Of a DNA stretch of 64,000 nucleotides, positions 62,496 through 64,000 are shown in pieces. Both the position numbers and the translations under genes were made by a program. The stretch is taken from positions 18,104,001 to 18,168,000 of the forward strand of contig OZ193909.1 in the NCBI GenBank assembly GCA_964276515.1, read 5' to 3'. Numbering within the stretch: position 1 is the stretch's first letter; the number at the start of each line of letters is the position of its first letter. Source of the DNA: Gordius albopunctatus. Lineage: Eukaryota. The notes under the pieces are model-generated. The model searched no databases. It saw only the letters and a list, made by a program, of their open reading frames with translations, and was not told the origin of the DNA.

Positions 62496-64000
62496 CATCG
62501 TTCAATTATTAAAACTAAAATATATTTTCTATTATAAAAAAGAACGTCCACACCTAAAAATAATCAAACAAAATAAAGCATTTTTTGCGAGAGTAAATTG
62601 GGATGTCCATTTTAACGTGATCTCTATGTCGCGTCGATTTAAATGAAAATGGCATTAAAGGTCAAAGAAATTATTCAATGGTCGCCACTATGTGAGCCGT
62701 TGATTAAGATATAATAGCTCCAACCTGGGTGCAAATATAAATTGCATAATAATTCCGTAATTCACTTGTAATGTATAATGTTATATGTAATTCAGGTTTT
62801 TTGTCTACCTTTAGCGTCGGTTGCGCCTTTCAAGCATTAATCCTAGAGAGCAATTAGCCAGGATGCTTTAGCCATCGATTTAAACGCTTAACCCCTCCCC
62901 CCCCCCCTTCTCTGATGCTATAATTTATGTTTTAAAAATAAATTCGTTGAATAAATTAAAATAAACTCATTATTTTTACTTCATAATATACCCAAAAATG
63001 CCCATTTATAAGCACATTTCCTGCTGGTCAATACAGTGGAAACAACAACAAAAAACATCTTATACCTCTTCTATTATTTATGGATTTAAGCTTAGGACCC
63101 CTTGTTTACTCATAGTTGTTATACCACAATCTCCCTCCTAACTAGCTATAGGAGAAATCCAAGGATGGCCTAAAAAATAAGGAATATCAGAGGTCCATTT
63201 AGCTAATGAAATTTTACAGCTACCCCCCCCCCCCCTAGCTACCTCAAGGCGTGGGACAGCTTGTTTTAGGGGCACTTACCAAATACAGATTACACTCATA
63301 AATTATTAAATACATCAAAAATTTATAATAACTACGCGACGACGACTCACCTTAATTTTGTCATATTTTTGAAAGGGGTAGAGTCCTCCTAGTCCCCTTA
63401 ATAAAGATTTAACCGGGTGTCAAAACCGATGCAATTAGTTGAATTAATATTTCAACTGTGCTGCGATTTTCTACCCTCGCGCTTCATCATATCTATAATA
63501 TACGCAAGGTTTTTTTATCCGTTCCTTAAATGATGGATTAAATTTATAAATAACGCTTTATTAATATTAGCTTGGCGTTTATACATTTTTTACCCTTACT
63601 AGGTGTGAGAAGTTCTTTGTGGACGTCAAAAAGATTCTTTCTTTGTTAGTGGGAATATTTATGCAGTAATTATAAACATGAAAGCGCACGAGCTTCATGA
63701 AAATTTTTTTAAGCTTCATTAATTTATTACCAAATTCTGCTTTGTGCTAAAAGTTGTTACTATACAAAAATCGAACAAAAATTATACGAGAAAAGATTAT
63801 AAAATTTTTAAATTTTACAATTTTATAAAAAAAATATGAACTATTATTAGGGTAAGAATAGTTAGAGACAATCAATTATAAAAATGTATAAACAAACATA
63901 ATTAATTCATGGATGAAGATAAACTAAAAACTTTATTAGAAATTGTCTGTCAAAATTGTGTTTGAAAAATGATTACAATTTAATTGATTCTGTAGGATTT

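Noticed and set aside
1..64000. CRISPR arrays, tRNA/rRNA genes, prokaryotic operons or defence systems
   Set aside because: The sequence is spliceosomal-intron-containing animal DNA. The repeats are dispersed TIR elements, not repeat-spacer arrays, and I recognised no structured RNA genes by eye.

Overview
AT-rich, intron-rich animal (invertebrate, probably protostome) genomic DNA; the species cannot be determined from the sequence. I assembled five protein-coding genes by hand from GT-AG exons with consistent reading phase. (1) A GRIP-family multi-PDZ scaffold (+, 5'-truncated by the window edge, 71..24819). (2) An intronless allatostatin-A/galanin-type neuropeptide GPCR (+, 16716..19091) nested on the same strand in the ~11 kb GRIP intron. 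(3) Wnt2 (-, 5 exons, 376 aa). (4) The splicing factor SYF2 (+, 6 exons, 219 aa). (5) An 11-exon luciferase/4-coumarate-CoA-ligase-like (ANL superfamily) gene (-, 531 aa). Non-coding DNA holds several DNA-transposon-derived MITE families with 8-bp TSDs, a deleted hAT element, a decayed RTE LINE and a decayed CRE-like non-LTR fragment. Top leads: (a) the luciferase-like gene has an intact spliced ORF, but every adenylation motif is altered, the C-terminal catalytic subdomain is missing and it starts with an MGNCISC lipid-anchor motif, suggesting a membrane-tethered pseudoenzyme; (b) the GPCR nested in the PDZ-scaffold gene ends in a class I PDZ ligand (-ESSI) and has IRY instead of DRY; (c) a P-element-type excision footprint lies just upstream of SYF2, with a same-family element 2 kb away. 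Family assignments rest on recalled motifs; no database searches were run.
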